A DNA stretch of 38,398 nucleotides from Candidatus Buchananbacteria bacterium RIFCSPHIGHO2_02_FULL_56_16 (GCA_001817495.1 MHIL01000028.1:1302-39699); one strand, 5' to 3'; positions 1-9,349 are shown, counted from the first letter of the stretch. Notes: generated from the sequence alone by a model not told the origin. Translations and numbers: made by a program.

Positions 1-6
1 TAAGAG

Positions 7-64
7 GTCTGCCAGGTAGTGATTCCATCCCGCCCCATAAGGTGAGGGATCACTACTGGACATA
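7..64. repeat. Imperfect palindromic repeat, related copy at 24246-24308
   Basis: gtctgccaggtagtgattcc...ggtgagggatcactactggacata matches gtctgccaagtagtaattcc...ggtgagggatcactaccgggcata; only the loop differs substantially. Confidence 0.8.
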
Positions 65-180
65 GTTGATTTTCTGCTTACTTTCTCTTATTATAAAAGA
101 TACTTCTAGTATAGCCTAGATGAGACAAAAGCGAAAGCGAGCTTTTAGCTGTTACCGCTACTGACTTACTAAGCACCACT

Positions 181-1698
181 ATGCCAACGCTCGACGACCT
201 GCTCAAAGCAATCAAAGCCAGCGGCAAGCAGCCCGGTTCGCGGATTCCAGTGATCGGCAACCTGCGCCGCAATCGTCAGACCGTTGACCTTGATATGGTC
301 AAGCTCGCGTTTGAGTACGCCCAAGAAGCGCACCGAGGCCAGACGCGCAAGTCCGGCGGGCCCTACATCGAGCACTGCCTGGCGACCGCCATCACCCTGG
401 CCCAGATGGGGATGGATCAGGAAACCATCATCGCCGGCCTGCTCCACGACGTGCCTGAAGACACCGCTTTCAGCCTGGTTGACATCGAAAAAAACTTTGG
501 GTCAGAGGTGGCGACGCTGGTCGCCGGCATCACCAAGCTGGGTAAGATTAAGTACCGCGGCATTGAGCGCTACTCGGAAAACCTGCGCAAGATGTTCATC
601 TCGATGGCTCAAGACATCCGCACCATCGTCATCAAGATGGCCGATCGGCTCCACAACCTCGAGACGCTCCAGTACCTGCCGGCCAAAAAGCAGCGGCGCA
701 TCGCCGAGGAGAGCCTGGAAATCTACGCCCCGATCGCCGACCGGCTCGGCATGGGCCAAATTAAAGGTGAGATTGAGGACCAATCGTTTCCTTACGTTAA
801 CCCCGAAGCCTTTGAGTGGATGCAACGTGAGATTCTGCCCAAGGTCGAGCTCAAAAAAGAGTACATCGAGCGCGTCATTAAGGTTCTCGCCAAAGAGCTG
901 GCCGATAAGAAGCTCAAGGTGGTTTCGATTAGCGGCCGGCCTAAACGCATCTACAGCTTGTACCATAAGCTGCTGAAAGCTCCCTACGACCGAGACGTTT
1001 CTAAAATCTACGACCTCGTCGCGGCCCGGGTGATTGTTCCCAGCGTCGCTGACTGCTACCACGTACTGGGCATCGTCCACCAGCTCTGGAAGCCGTTGCG
1101 GGGCCGGGTGAAAGATTTCATCTCCCAGCCAAAACCCAACGGCTACCGGTCGCTGCACACCACCGTGTTCGGCCCCGAAGGAAAAATCGTCGAGATTCAA
1201 ATCCGCACGCCGCAGATGCACGCCCAGGCCGAGTACGGTATCGCCGCTCACTGGTACTACAAGGAAGCCGGCGACCGCGCCAACTGGCGGCGCATCGGCG
1301 ACCGCGGCCATACCCTGCCCAAAAAGCTCAAGTGGATCGAGGATTTGGTCAGCTGGCAGAAAGAAATCTCTGACAGCCAGCTGTACCTCACTTCACTGAC
1401 ACTCGACGCCTTCGGTAACCGGATTTTCGTCTTCACCCCGAAGGGCGACGTCATCGACCTGCCCGAAGCCGCCACGCCGGTTGATTTCGCCTACCACGTC
1501 CACACCTTCATCGGCGACCACTGCGCCGGCGCCCGGATCAACAACCAGCTCGTCAGCCTCGACACGGCGCTAAAAAGCGGTGATGTCTGCGAGATCATCA
1601 CCGATAAAAATCGTAAGGGACCGAGCCGCGACTGGCTCCGGTTTGCTAAAACCACCGCCGCCAAAGCGAAAATCAGAGCTAACGCTCCGCGGCGTTAG
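181..1698 (+). CDS. relA: RelA/SpoT-family (p)ppGpp synthetase/hydrolase, ending shortly after the TGS domain
   Basis: HD motif (LLHDVPED), ADRLHN, synthetase motifs (DLVAARV, PKPNGYRSLHT, EIQIRT), TGS (FVFTPKGD..TPVDFAY). Confidence 0.93.
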   Translation: MPTLDDLLKAIKASGKQPGSRIPVIGNLRRNRQTVDLDMVKLAFEYAQEAHRGQTRKSGGPYIEHCLATAITLAQMGMDQETIIAGLLHDVPEDTAFSLVDIEKNFGSEVATLVAGITKLGKIKYRGIERYSENLRKMFISMAQDIRTIVIKMADRLHNLETLQYLPAKKQRRIAEESLEIYAPIADRLGMGQIKGEIEDQSFPYVNPEAFEWMQREILPKVELKKEYIERVIKVLAKELADKKLKVVSISGRPKRIYSLYHKLLKAPYDRDVSKIYDLVAARVIVPSVADCYHVLGIVHQLWKPLRGRVKDFISQPKPNGYRSLHTTVFGPEGKIVEIQIRTPQMHAQAEYGIAAHWYYKEAGDRANWRRIGDRGHTLPKKLKWIEDLVSWQKEISDSQLYLTSLTLDAFGNRIFVFTPKGDVIDLPEAATPVDFAYHVHTFIGDHCAGARINNQLVSLDTALKSGDVCEIITDKNRKGPSRDWLRFAKTTAAKAKIRANAPRR

Positions 1699-2561
1699 TC
1701 GGCTCGTTCGAACTTGGCGAGCAACCCCGCCAGCTCCTCGTCCGAGTAAAACTCAATGGTAATCGAGCCGCTGCTGCCGGTTTTTTTAATGCTCACCTTG
1801 GTACCCAGCGCCTGCTGGAGCGCCTCTTCTTGGGCCTGGAGCTCGGGATCTTTGACCTTGCGGAAGTGCCGCCGGACCGCGACCTTCTTGGCCTCGCCTT
1901 CAACCGCCCGGACGGTCAGATCGTTTTTGATGGCGGCATGAAAAAAATCAAGCCGCTTCTCGGCCGGCAAGCCGGCGATGACCCGCGCGGTGCTGTAGGA
2001 AATTTTGCCGTCCACCAGCGCCTTTTGGATTTCGGTCGGCAGCGCGAGCAGCCGCAGGTTGTTGGTGATCACCGTCCGGCTCTTGCCGACCCGCTTCGCC
2101 ACCGCCTCTTGGGTGAGGTTAAACTCATCAATCAGCCGCTGGTACGAAACCGCTTCCTCAATCGGGTTCAGATTGCGGCGCTGGATATTTTCCACCAGCG
2201 CCAGCTCGAGCTGCTGCTGCTCTTCAGCCTGCCGCACGATGAGCGGCACGGTTGTTAAGCCGGCCATCTCGGCGGCGCGCAGCCGCCGTTCGCCGGCGAT
2301 CAGCTGAAAACGGTCGCCGTCGCGGCTGGCAATCAGCGGCTGGAGAATACCGTGTTCCTTGATTGATAGAATCAGCTCTTCGAGCGCCTCGTGGCTGAAG
2401 TCGCGCCGCGGCTGGTGCGGGTTCGGCTTAATCTTACCGACCTCAACGTCCAGGATAGCGCTCTCACCCACCAGCACCTGCGAGCCCGCTGGCAGTACCT
2501 CTTTTTTAATTTTGCTGGGGATGAGCGAGCCCAGTCCCCGACCGAGTCCTCCTGATGCCAT
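1695..2561 (-). CDS. parB: ParB/Spo0J partitioning protein
   Basis: GLGRGL N-terminus, PNPHQPRR, LIAGERRLRAA, HTH; start moved to ATG at 2561. Confidence 0.95.
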   Translation of the reverse strand: MASGGLGRGLGSLIPSKIKKEVLPAGSQVLVGESAILDVEVGKIKPNPHQPRRDFSHEALEELILSIKEHGILQPLIASRDGDRFQLIAGERRLRAAEMAGLTTVPLIVRQAEEQQQLELALVENIQRRNLNPIEEAVSYQRLIDEFNLTQEAVAKRVGKSRTVITNNLRLLALPTEIQKALVDGKISYSTARVIAGLPAEKRLDFFHAAIKNDLTVRAVEGEAKKVAVRRHFRKVKDPELQAQEEALQQALGTKVSIKKTGSSGSITIEFYSDEELAGLLAKFERAD

Positions 2562-2568
2562 AAAGTTC

Positions 2569-2683
2569 AATTTTGAATTTTTAATTTCGAATTTTGATTC
2601 AATTTTGAATGATTGAATTTAAATTTTTGAAACATTAAAACCTTAAACATTGAATCAAAATTTAAAATTCAAAATTGGAAATT
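2569..2683. repeat. AT-rich 7-nt-periodic palindrome, family A
   Basis: aattttg aattttt aatttcg aattttg ... caaaatt taaaatt caaaatt ggaaatt; related copies at 17679 and 28190. Confidence 0.9.
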
Positions 2684-3455
2684 AGCCAGGGGTTTGTCCC
2701 CGCAGCAAAATTTCCCGCGCCAGCTGCTCGTAGGCCTTCGCGCCCTTCGAGCTGGCGTCGTAGGCTAAAATGGTCTGGCCGTAGCTGGGCGACTCGGTCA
2801 GCCGGACGTTGCGGGGAATCACCGTCTCAAAGACGTGGAAGGGTGAGTGCTCCTTGAGCTCGGCGAAGACCTGGTTCGAGAGCCGGTTGCGGCCGTCGTG
2901 CATCGTCAGCACCGCGCCGAGGATCGAGAGCTCCGGCTGAAGGTTTTCCTTGACTAAGTTAAAGGTGTTGAGCAGCTGGCCCAGCCCCTCGAGGGCGAGG
3001 TACTCGGCCTGGACAGGGATCAGCACCGCGTCGGCGGCGACGAGGCCGTTGATGGTCAGTAGATCGAGCGACGGCGGGCAGTCGATGATGATGTAGTCGT
3101 AGTCGTTTCGCACCTCCAGCAGGGCGTTTCGCAGCCGGTACTCGCGGTCTTCCAGCGGTACCAGCTCGATGCGGGCGCCAGCCAGATCAGGCGTCGCCGG
3201 CGCTAGCTTGTAGCCCTGGTGGCCGGTCCCCACGATGACGTCCCGGAACGAAACATCATCGGCCAGCCCGTGGTAGACGCCTTTGGTGATCGTCTGGTGG
3301 TTAATACCCAGCGCCGAACTGGCGTTAGCTTGGGGATCAAGGTCAACCAGCAGGACGAACTTCCCCAGCCACGCCAGGTACGCCCCGAGGTTAATCGCGG
3401 TCGTCGTTTTACCGACGCCGCCTTTCTGGTTGACGATGGCAATCGTCTGCGACAT
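2682..3455 (-). CDS. parA: ParA/Soj ATPase
   Basis: NQKGGVGKTTT deviant Walker A, DLDPQAN, IIIDCPPSL; start at MSQTIAIV because the longer ORF runs into tRNA-Leu. Confidence 0.95.
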   Translation of the reverse strand: MSQTIAIVNQKGGVGKTTTAINLGAYLAWLGKFVLLVDLDPQANASSALGINHQTITKGVYHGLADDVSFRDVIVGTGHQGYKLAPATPDLAGARIELVPLEDREYRLRNALLEVRNDYDYIIIDCPPSLDLLTINGLVAADAVLIPVQAEYLALEGLGQLLNTFNLVKENLQPELSILGAVLTMHDGRNRLSNQVFAELKEHSPFHVFETVIPRNVRLTESPSYGQTILAYDASSKGAKAYEQLAREILLRGQTPG

Positions 3456-3461
3456 ACTGGT

Positions 3462-3512
3462 ATTATAGTAGAAAATGAGCGCTTTGACAATTTTTTTAAA
3501 AATAAGTATACT
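3462..3512. promoter_or_regulatory. Overlapping divergent sigma70-type promoters (tRNA-Leu on +, parA on -)
   Basis: +: TTGACA 3484-3489, 17 nt, TATACT 3507-3512; -: TTGTCA 3490-3485, 17 nt, TATAAT 3467-3462. Confidence 0.75.
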
Positions 3513-3529
3513 CCACCGTAGGCTAACGA

Positions 3530-3614
3530 GCCGGAGTGGCGAAATTGGTATACGCGCACGACTCAAAATCGTGTGGAGCAATCCATGAGAGTTCGAGTCT
3601 CTCCTCCGGCACCA
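3530..3614 (+). tRNA. tRNA-Leu(CAA)
   Basis: Cloverleaf gccggag/ctccggc, anticodon loop ctCAAaa, long variable arm, TTCGA, encoded CCA. Confidence 0.96.
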
Positions 3615-3679
3615 ATGTATTTATACCCGCGTCTAACTAAAATCAGAAGGTAAAAATCAACTTTCGTTTTGAGTTTAGC

Positions 3680-3708
3680 TTGACAAAAAGCCACACTCAC
3701 GGTATAGT
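3680..3708 (+). promoter_or_regulatory. Sigma70-type promoter for the tRNA-Met pair
   Basis: TTGACA-17nt-TATAGT. Confidence 0.75.
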
Positions 3709-3753
3709 GGATTAGCTAATTGTTACTGGTTAAAAATTAATAGCTATTAACGA

Positions 3754-3828
3754 CGCGGGGTAGAGCAGTAGCAGCTCGCCAGGCCCATAACCTGGAGGTC
3801 GCGGGTGCAACTCCCGCCCCCGCAACCA
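3754..3828 (+). tRNA. Initiator tRNA-fMet(CAT), atypical
   Basis: cgcgggg/ccccgca acceptor with C1:A72 mismatch, CAT anticodon, CCA; non-standard D, anticodon and T loops. Confidence 0.85.
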
Positions 3829-3829
3829 A

Positions 3830-3905
3830 GGCGGCGTAGCTCAGTCGGTAGAGCAGAGGAATCATAATCCTTGGGTCGGGGGTTCGAGTCCCTCCGCCGC
3901 TACCA
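3830..3905 (+). tRNA. tRNA-Met(CAT), probably elongator
   Basis: ggcggcg/cgccgct acceptor, atCATaa loop, TTCGA, CCA; Ile2 identity not fully excluded. Confidence 0.9.
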
Positions 3906-3992
3906 AAAGTCTTCGGCCTCATTGCAGAGTGTAAATTTTTAACTTTTTCTAAAAACCTCAAACGAACTACTAAAAACTATTTTACCAAACGG

Positions 3993-4019
3993 ACATGCCA
4001 CTGCCAGGTGGTGTTTTTT
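3993..4019 (+). terminator. Probable intrinsic terminator after the tRNAs
   Basis: atgccac-tgccag-gtggtgt stem followed by a T run. Confidence 0.55.
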
Positions 4020-4029
4020 AATGACCAAC

Positions 4030-4058
4030 TTGCCTTGCCTTGAGTCGTCTGGTATAAT
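4030..4058 (+). promoter_or_regulatory. Extended -10 promoter upstream of the GAF pseudogene
   Basis: TTGCCT-17nt-(TGg)TATAAT. Confidence 0.6.
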
Positions 4059-4154
4059 GGAGTAACTAAACTAGACGCTCCTGCCAACTCAAACTCAAAA
4101 CATGCCTCGTACCGGTTCGCAGGACGAACATACTACCAAAAGCATATATCTTTA

Positions 4155-4655
4155 ATGGAAAACATATACGGAGAAGGCGCCGATCCCTGAGTACGAAAAG
4201 GCGCGACTGGAAGCGCTCAAGAGGCTTGGCATACTCAACACCGACCCCGAGGAAAGGTTTGATCAAAATAACCAAGGAGGCGATAGAGGTCTTTCAGGTT
4301 CCGAGCTCAACGATATCCTTGATTGATTCCGACCGGGAGTGGTTTAAGTCTTGCCATGGAATAGGGGCTAAGGCAGGCGACCGATCGGTTTCTTTTTCGG
4401 CCATGCGCTGTTGGTTGACTACATTTTTATCGTTGAAGATACCCTCAAAGATGAAAGATTTGTTGACAACCCCTCGTCACCAAACAAGGGATTCGGTTCT
4501 ATGTCGGAAAGGCGCTGTGCGAAAGCAGCAGCCGTTTGCCGGTGGGCGTCTTGTGCATCAAAGACTTTAAACCAAAAAAGATGACTCCGTTTGAGCTGGC
4601 TGAATTTCTCAAATTGAGTAAAGAAGCCGAGAAAGAGCTCAACCGAATCAGCTAG
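4155..4655 (+). pseudogene. Stand-alone GAF-domain protein with several frameshifts
   Basis: Joined frames read KAPIPEYEKARLEALKRLGILNTDPEERFD/KITKEAIEVFQVPSSTISLIDSDREWFKS..RSVSF/GHALLVDYIFIVEDTLKDERFVDNP/VTKQGIRFYVGKAL..PVGVLCIKDFKP, a typical GAF signature. Confidence 0.85.
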
Positions 4656-4846
4656 ACGTAATCTCATACCACCACATACGATAGGCCTGATCATGAGGCA
4701 GGATTTTGGCTTACTAACGCTCATTTTTAAGGCAATGCACAAGCAAGACCTACCCTACCTCGCGCTGCCCGTGCTATACTGAAACTATCATTTCCTCAAA
4801 TCTAAAACTCAAAGCTCATAACTAAAAACCATTCGCCCGAGCGAAT

Positions 4847-5323
4847 ATGTACCTCTCCATTCATGCCACTGCCGGTGTGCTCATCGGCAGCTACACCAAC
4901 AGTTCATTAATCGCGTTCGTCGTCGGCTTCTTCTCCCACTTCCTGCTCGATATGGTGCCACACCGCGACGGCCAGCTGCCGATTGAAGACCTCTCAATTA
5001 AACAAATCCGGCGGCGGTACTTCGATAAAATCGTGGCCATTGTTTACCTCGACCTGTGCGTAAGTACCGTGGTCGCCGGCGCACTGCTGACCAACAATCT
5101 GCACTTCATCACCCCTTCGATCCTCTGGGGAATTATCGGCAGCATCGCGCCCGACGTGCTCCAAATTTTCGCCTTTATGTTTCCCAAGATTAAACCGCTG
5201 CAGCGCTTCCAGAAACTTCACAACACGCTCCACTACAACCCCAAGCGACAAAAAATTTCGCTGGTGGCGGGCCACCTCACCCAGCTGCTGACACTACTGA
5301 CCTTAATCAGGCCGCTCGTCTAA
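4847..5323 (+). CDS. Membrane protein, putative metal-dependent hydrolase
   Basis: HxxxG, SHFLLDMVPHxD, PD and late H motifs within hydrophobic helices. Confidence 0.75.
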   Translation: MYLSIHATAGVLIGSYTNSSLIAFVVGFFSHFLLDMVPHRDGQLPIEDLSIKQIRRRYFDKIVAIVYLDLCVSTVVAGALLTNNLHFITPSILWGIIGSIAPDVLQIFAFMFPKIKPLQRFQKLHNTLHYNPKRQKISLVAGHLTQLLTLLTLIRPLV

Positions 5324-5324
5324 G

Positions 5325-5786
5325 ATGTTTCTCACCAGCCACGCGACCGCGGCGGTCCTCATCGCCGAGCAAATTCATTCCCCCACCCTGGCCTTCGCGC
5401 TGGGGTGGCTTTCGCATTACCTGCTCGATATGATTCCGCACGGTGATGACGAGCTGCTCACCAACCTGCCGCGCCGGGCTTTCCTCGTTGCCTTCACCAA
5501 AATTGCCGCCCTCGACGCGCTGATTATGCTCGGCTGGCTCTGGTTCTTGCTTGGCCGTGGCGCAATCGCGCTGACGCCGGCGACCGGCGCGGCCATCGTC
5601 GGCAGCCTCCTGCCTGACATCCTCAACGGCGTATACCTCGTAACCCGAAGCCGCCTCATTGAGTGGAACCATCGTGTGAACGATTGGGCTCACACGGCGA
5701 TCATCAAAAAACCGCTGCCACCGGTGCAGGGGTTTTTTATCCAGGCGATATTTTTTTTGCTGCTGGCCGTGTACCTGGTGGGTTAA
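5325..5786 (+). CDS. Membrane protein, putative metal-dependent hydrolase (tandem paralog)
   Basis: Same motif set (SHATA, SHYLLDMIPHGD, LLPD) as the upstream gene. Confidence 0.75.
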   Translation: MFLTSHATAAVLIAEQIHSPTLAFALGWLSHYLLDMIPHGDDELLTNLPRRAFLVAFTKIAALDALIMLGWLWFLLGRGAIALTPATGAAIVGSLLPDILNGVYLVTRSRLIEWNHRVNDWAHTAIIKKPLPPVQGFFIQAIFFLLLAVYLVG

Positions 5787-7051
5787 ACTTTAAGGAGTTT
5801 GGTAAATGGCTGACCGTTTCGGTAGGGACCAATCAGCGCGAGGTTGAGCCGCCGGCTCGTGATGACGTCACGGGCGACACGCTGGATTTGCGGTGCGGTG
5901 ACCGCAAAGATTTTTTTCAGGCGCTGCTGCGGCGTGTAAAGCTTGCCCAGCAGCAGTTGCTGCTTACCGAACCAGTCGGCGACGCTCTCCGAGTCTTCCA
6001 AATCGAGGACTAATTTTCCGCGCAGAAACTCTTTGGCGTCAGTGAGCTCCTTGGCGGTCACGGCCTCGCGCTTGACCCGGCCAAGCTCCTGGAGAATCAA
6101 GGTAATGGCCTGATTCAGCCGCCGGCGATCAACGCCGGCCTGCACCACGAACGCGCCGGTATCCTGGTAGGCGTGGGCGCCGGCCCGAATGTTGTAGGCC
6201 AGCCCGTGCTGCTCACGGATGACGGTAAAAAGCCGCGAGCTCATGTTGCCGCCCAGGATGATTGCCAGAAGCGAGAGCGCGAAGATGTTTTGGTCAGACA
6301 ACGCGTAACCAGGAAACCCCAAACACAGCTGCACCTGCTGGGTTTTTTTGTACATGGTGGTAGCTCGTGGCTTCGTCTGGGTCAGATGAACCGCGTTGAG
6401 CGATGGGCGCCGGGACCGTGCTCCGGCCGCGCTGAAGTACCGCTCCGCCAGCGAAACGACCCGGCGCTGGTTGAAGCTGCCGGCAACGGTCAGCACCATA
6501 TTGCGCGGCTGGTAGAACGCGTCTTTGTAAGCCAGCAGCCTGAACCGGGGAATGGTCGTAATCACCGACCGCGGACCGGAAATCGGCCAGCCGAGCGGAT
6601 GGGGCTCGAACACCAGCTGCTCGAACAGCGTCTCGATATGAATCAGCGGGTTGTCTTCGTACATGTTAATCTCTTCGACGATGACGCCCCGCTCTTTGGT
6701 AATCTCCGGCGCGGGGAACGTCGCGTGCAGCAGCATGTCGGACAAGATGTCAAACGCGAGCTCCAGGTGGTCTGCGGCCAGCTTGACGTAGTAGCCGGTG
6801 TGGTCCTTGCTGGTGAACGCGTTGTACTCGGCGCCGACCGCGTCGAGCTCTTTAGTCAGATCAAGGCTGGTCGGCCGCTTCGTGGTGCCCTTAAACATCA
6901 GGTGCTCAATGAAGTGCGAGATGCCGTTGGTGGCTTTGGTCTCGTGGCGCGAGCCGACGGGCAGCAAAACCAAAACCGTCGCCGCCTTGGTTTCCTTGAG
7001 CGGGGCGGTGATGAGGGTGAGGCCATTTTTGAGCTTTATTTTGGTGTACAT
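5783..7051 (-). CDS. M16 (pitrilysin-family) zinc peptidase
   Basis: HFIEH inverted zincin motif, NAFTS, EEINMYED, GGNMSSRLF. Confidence 0.93.
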   Translation of the reverse strand: MYTKIKLKNGLTLITAPLKETKAATVLVLLPVGSRHETKATNGISHFIEHLMFKGTTKRPTSLDLTKELDAVGAEYNAFTSKDHTGYYVKLAADHLELAFDILSDMLLHATFPAPEITKERGVIVEEINMYEDNPLIHIETLFEQLVFEPHPLGWPISGPRSVITTIPRFRLLAYKDAFYQPRNMVLTVAGSFNQRRVVSLAERYFSAAGARSRRPSLNAVHLTQTKPRATTMYKKTQQVQLCLGFPGYALSDQNIFALSLLAIILGGNMSSRLFTVIREQHGLAYNIRAGAHAYQDTGAFVVQAGVDRRRLNQAITLILQELGRVKREAVTAKELTDAKEFLRGKLVLDLEDSESVADWFGKQQLLLGKLYTPQQRLKKIFAVTAPQIQRVARDVITSRRLNLALIGPYRNGQPFTKLLKV

Positions 7052-7056
7052 ACAAT

Positions 7057-7145
7057 AAATCAAAAATAAAAAATCAAAGGTACAGCTTAAAGGTCAAAGC
7101 TTTGAGCTTTGATTTGTCGCTTTGATTTTTGGTTTTTGATTTTTA
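7057..7145. repeat. 7-nt-periodic hairpin, family B, copy 1
   Basis: 7057-7124 is identical to 8604-8671 (68 bp); aaaatca-type left arm, tgatttt-type right arm. Confidence 0.92.
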
Positions 7146-7148
7146 AGC

Positions 7149-8528
7149 TTAGAGGTTATCTTTAAAGTAATCCTCCAGTTCCTCAATACCAATCCGTTCC
7201 TGCTTCATCGAGTCCCGGGCGCGGACCGTAACCTTCTTGTCTTCGAGTGTCTCAAAGTCAACCGTCACGCAGTAGGGTGTGCCGATCTCGTCCTGGCGGC
7301 GGTAGCGGCGGCCGATCGAAGCGACTTCGTCGTAGGTGCAGGTCCAGCGCGACCGCAGCGCGTCAAAAATTTCCCGGGCGGGGCGAGCGAGCGTTTCTTT
7401 CTTGGAGAGCGGTAACACCGCGACCTTAATCGGCGCCACTTTTTTGTCGAAACGCATCACCACCTCGAGCTCTTTGTTCGATTCGGTGGTGGTGGTCCGG
7501 CCGCCCTCGACTTCGGTGTAGGCGTCAACCAGCACCGTGAGGGTCGCGCGGTCGGCACCGGCCGAGGGCTCGATGACGTAGGGCGTGAACTTCTTGCCCG
7601 CTTCATCCGTTACCTCGAGGTCCTGGCCGGAAAAAGTAGCGTGCTGCTTGAGGTCAAAGTCCTGGCGGTTGGCGATGCCCTCGAGCTCGGACCAGCCGCT
7701 GAACGGGAACTGGTACTCGACGTCGGCGCAGGCCTTGGCGTAGTGGGCCAGCTCATCCCGCTTATGATCGCGCAGCCGCAGCTTTTTCTTATTAATACCT
7801 AAAACGTCAACGTACCAGTTGAAGCGCTCCTGCCGCCAGTAGTCGTACCAGCGGTCCGCTTCCCTGGGGTGACAGAAGTACTCGCACTCCATCTGCTCGA
7901 ACTCGCGGGTCCGGAAAATGAAGTTGCCGGGCGTAATTTCGTTGCGGAATGCCTTGCCGATCTGGGCGATGCCAAACGGCAGCTTGGGCCGCATCGTATC
8001 CCTGACGTTTTTAAAGTTGACGAAAATGCCCTGGGCGGTCTCGGGTCGGAGGTAGACCACCGATGACGCTTCCTCAAGGGGCCCCATGAACGTCTTGAAC
8101 ATGAGGTTGAACCTCCGCGGCTCGGTCAGCTCGCCGCCGCACTCGGGACAAACCTTAGGCAACCCGGCCGGCGTCTTCATCGTGCCGAGGTCAGGCTTGC
8201 TGCCGGTAGCCTCCAAAAGGTGGTCAGCCCGGAACCGGCGCTTGCACTGCTTACAGTCAACGAGCGGGTCGGTGAAGTTCTGCAGGTGGCCCGACGCCTC
8301 CCAAACCTTGGGGTGCATCAGGATTGCCGCGTCGAGGCCAACCACGTCGTCGCGGCGCTGGACCATCGACTGCCACCACAGCCGCTTGACGTTGTTTTTC
8401 AGCTCAACGCCCAGCGGGCCGTAGTCGTAAAACGAGTTGAGCCCGCCGTAGATTTCCGAAGACGGAAACAAAAAACCCCGCCGTTTGCACAGTGAGACGA
8501 GTTTTTCCATGAGGTCGTTAGTAGGCAT
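7149..8528 (-). CDS. glyQS: Glycine--tRNA ligase, homodimeric type
   Basis: [52 protein letters not shown]. Confidence 0.96.
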   Translation of the reverse strand: MPTNDLMEKLVSLCKRRGFLFPSSEIYGGLNSFYDYGPLGVELKNNVKRLWWQSMVQRRDDVVGLDAAILMHPKVWEASGHLQNFTDPLVDCKQCKRRFRADHLLEATGSKPDLGTMKTPAGLPKVCPECGGELTEPRRFNLMFKTFMGPLEEASSVVYLRPETAQGIFVNFKNVRDTMRPKLPFGIAQIGKAFRNEITPGNFIFRTREFEQMECEYFCHPREADRWYDYWRQERFNWYVDVLGINKKKLRLRDHKRDELAHYAKACADVEYQFPFSGWSELEGIANRQDFDLKQHATFSGQDLEVTDEAGKKFTPYVIEPSAGADRATLTVLVDAYTEVEGGRTTTTESNKELEVVMRFDKKVAPIKVAVLPLSKKETLARPAREIFDALRSRWTCTYDEVASIGRRYRRQDEIGTPYCVTVDFETLEDKKVTVRARDSMKQERIGIEELEDYFKDNL

Positions 8529-8603
8529 AGGTCGAAAAAGGGGTAGTGTAGTTAGTAGCTTATCTGTTTTTGAGCTTTTTGGCAAGCACCGCAAGGAAAT
8601 TAA

Positions 8604-8692
8604 AAATCAAAAATAAAAAATCAAAGGTACAGCTTAAAGGTCAAAGCTTTGAGCTTTGATTTGTCGCTTTGGTTTTTGATTTTTGATTTTTT
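8604..8692. repeat. 7-nt-periodic hairpin, family B, copy 2
   Basis: 68-bp exact direct repeat of 7057-7124. Confidence 0.92.
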
Positions 8693-9255
8693 TATGCCAT
8701 TAATAACGACAGCACGACCGCGCTGGCCAGCGGCACGGTGATGTTGTCGTTAATTTTCCACGGCAGGCTCTCGACGATTGCCGCCACCATCGTCGTCTTA
8801 ACCCCCAAGAACAGCACCGACCGCCACTCCAGCGCCGGCAGCATCCACCAGAGCAGGGCTGACGCGCCGAGCGTCCCGAAAACCAAAAACGCTATGCTGC
8901 CGGCGAAGGTCTTCTCCGGGTTCCAGGGCAGGGCGTTGGCTTTGAAGTGCGTGCCGATCAGCGTGGCGGCACCATCCCCCAGCGCCAGAATCGCCCAGCT
9001 CGCCGCGACAACCGGCAGCGGAAAAACGAGCAGCAGCACCAAGAGCACCAGCACGTAGAGTACCGCGCCGGCCGAGTAGCGTCGCTCGAGCTCGCGGTAG
9101 AAGTGCGAACGGATGGTAAGCTGCGGCATGACAAACAGCGCGACCAACAAGAGCACCCCCAGCACGGCCACCGCCTGCCAGCGCGTCAGATACTTGAGCA
9201 GTAACGCGATGATGAGTAAGCCGATGTGAACGGCTTGACGCTTTGTTTCGATCAT
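8692..9255 (-). CDS. Phytol/dolichol kinase-like (CTP-dependent polyprenol kinase) membrane protein
   Basis: RQAVH, GDGAATLIG, KTFAGS, INDNITVP motifs. Confidence 0.85.
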   Translation of the reverse strand: MIETKRQAVHIGLLIIALLLKYLTRWQAVAVLGVLLLVALFVMPQLTIRSHFYRELERRYSAGAVLYVLVLLVLLLVFPLPVVAASWAILALGDGAATLIGTHFKANALPWNPEKTFAGSIAFLVFGTLGASALLWWMLPALEWRSVLFLGVKTTMVAAIVESLPWKINDNITVPLASAVVLSLLMA

Positions 9256-9277
9256 ATAGCTTACCTTAATTAAGACG

Positions 9278-9349
9278 AGCTTTCAGCCGTTAGCTTATAG
9301 CTTTTAGAGCAAGCAACTTCTAAAAGCTAACCGCTATAAGCTAAAAGCT
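9278..9349. repeat. 7-nt-periodic hairpin, family C (agct core)
   Basis: agctttc agccgtt agcttat agctttt ... aaaagct aaccgct ataagct aaaagct. Confidence 0.8.

Noticed and set aside
3456-3581. N-terminal extensions from the ORF track (parA, glyQS, atpD, csp, CDF, CYTH, NUDIX)
   Set aside because: They run through tRNA, promoter or repeat DNA; homology and initiation signals begin at later ATGs
1695-3750. oriC or parS near parAB
   Set aside because: No DnaA-box cluster or TGTTTCACGTGAAACA-like site seen; the AT-rich tract at 2569 belongs to a dispersed repeat family
4226-4570. 114-aa ORF as an intact gene
   Set aside because: It is a chimera of in-frame and out-of-frame parts of the GAF pseudogene
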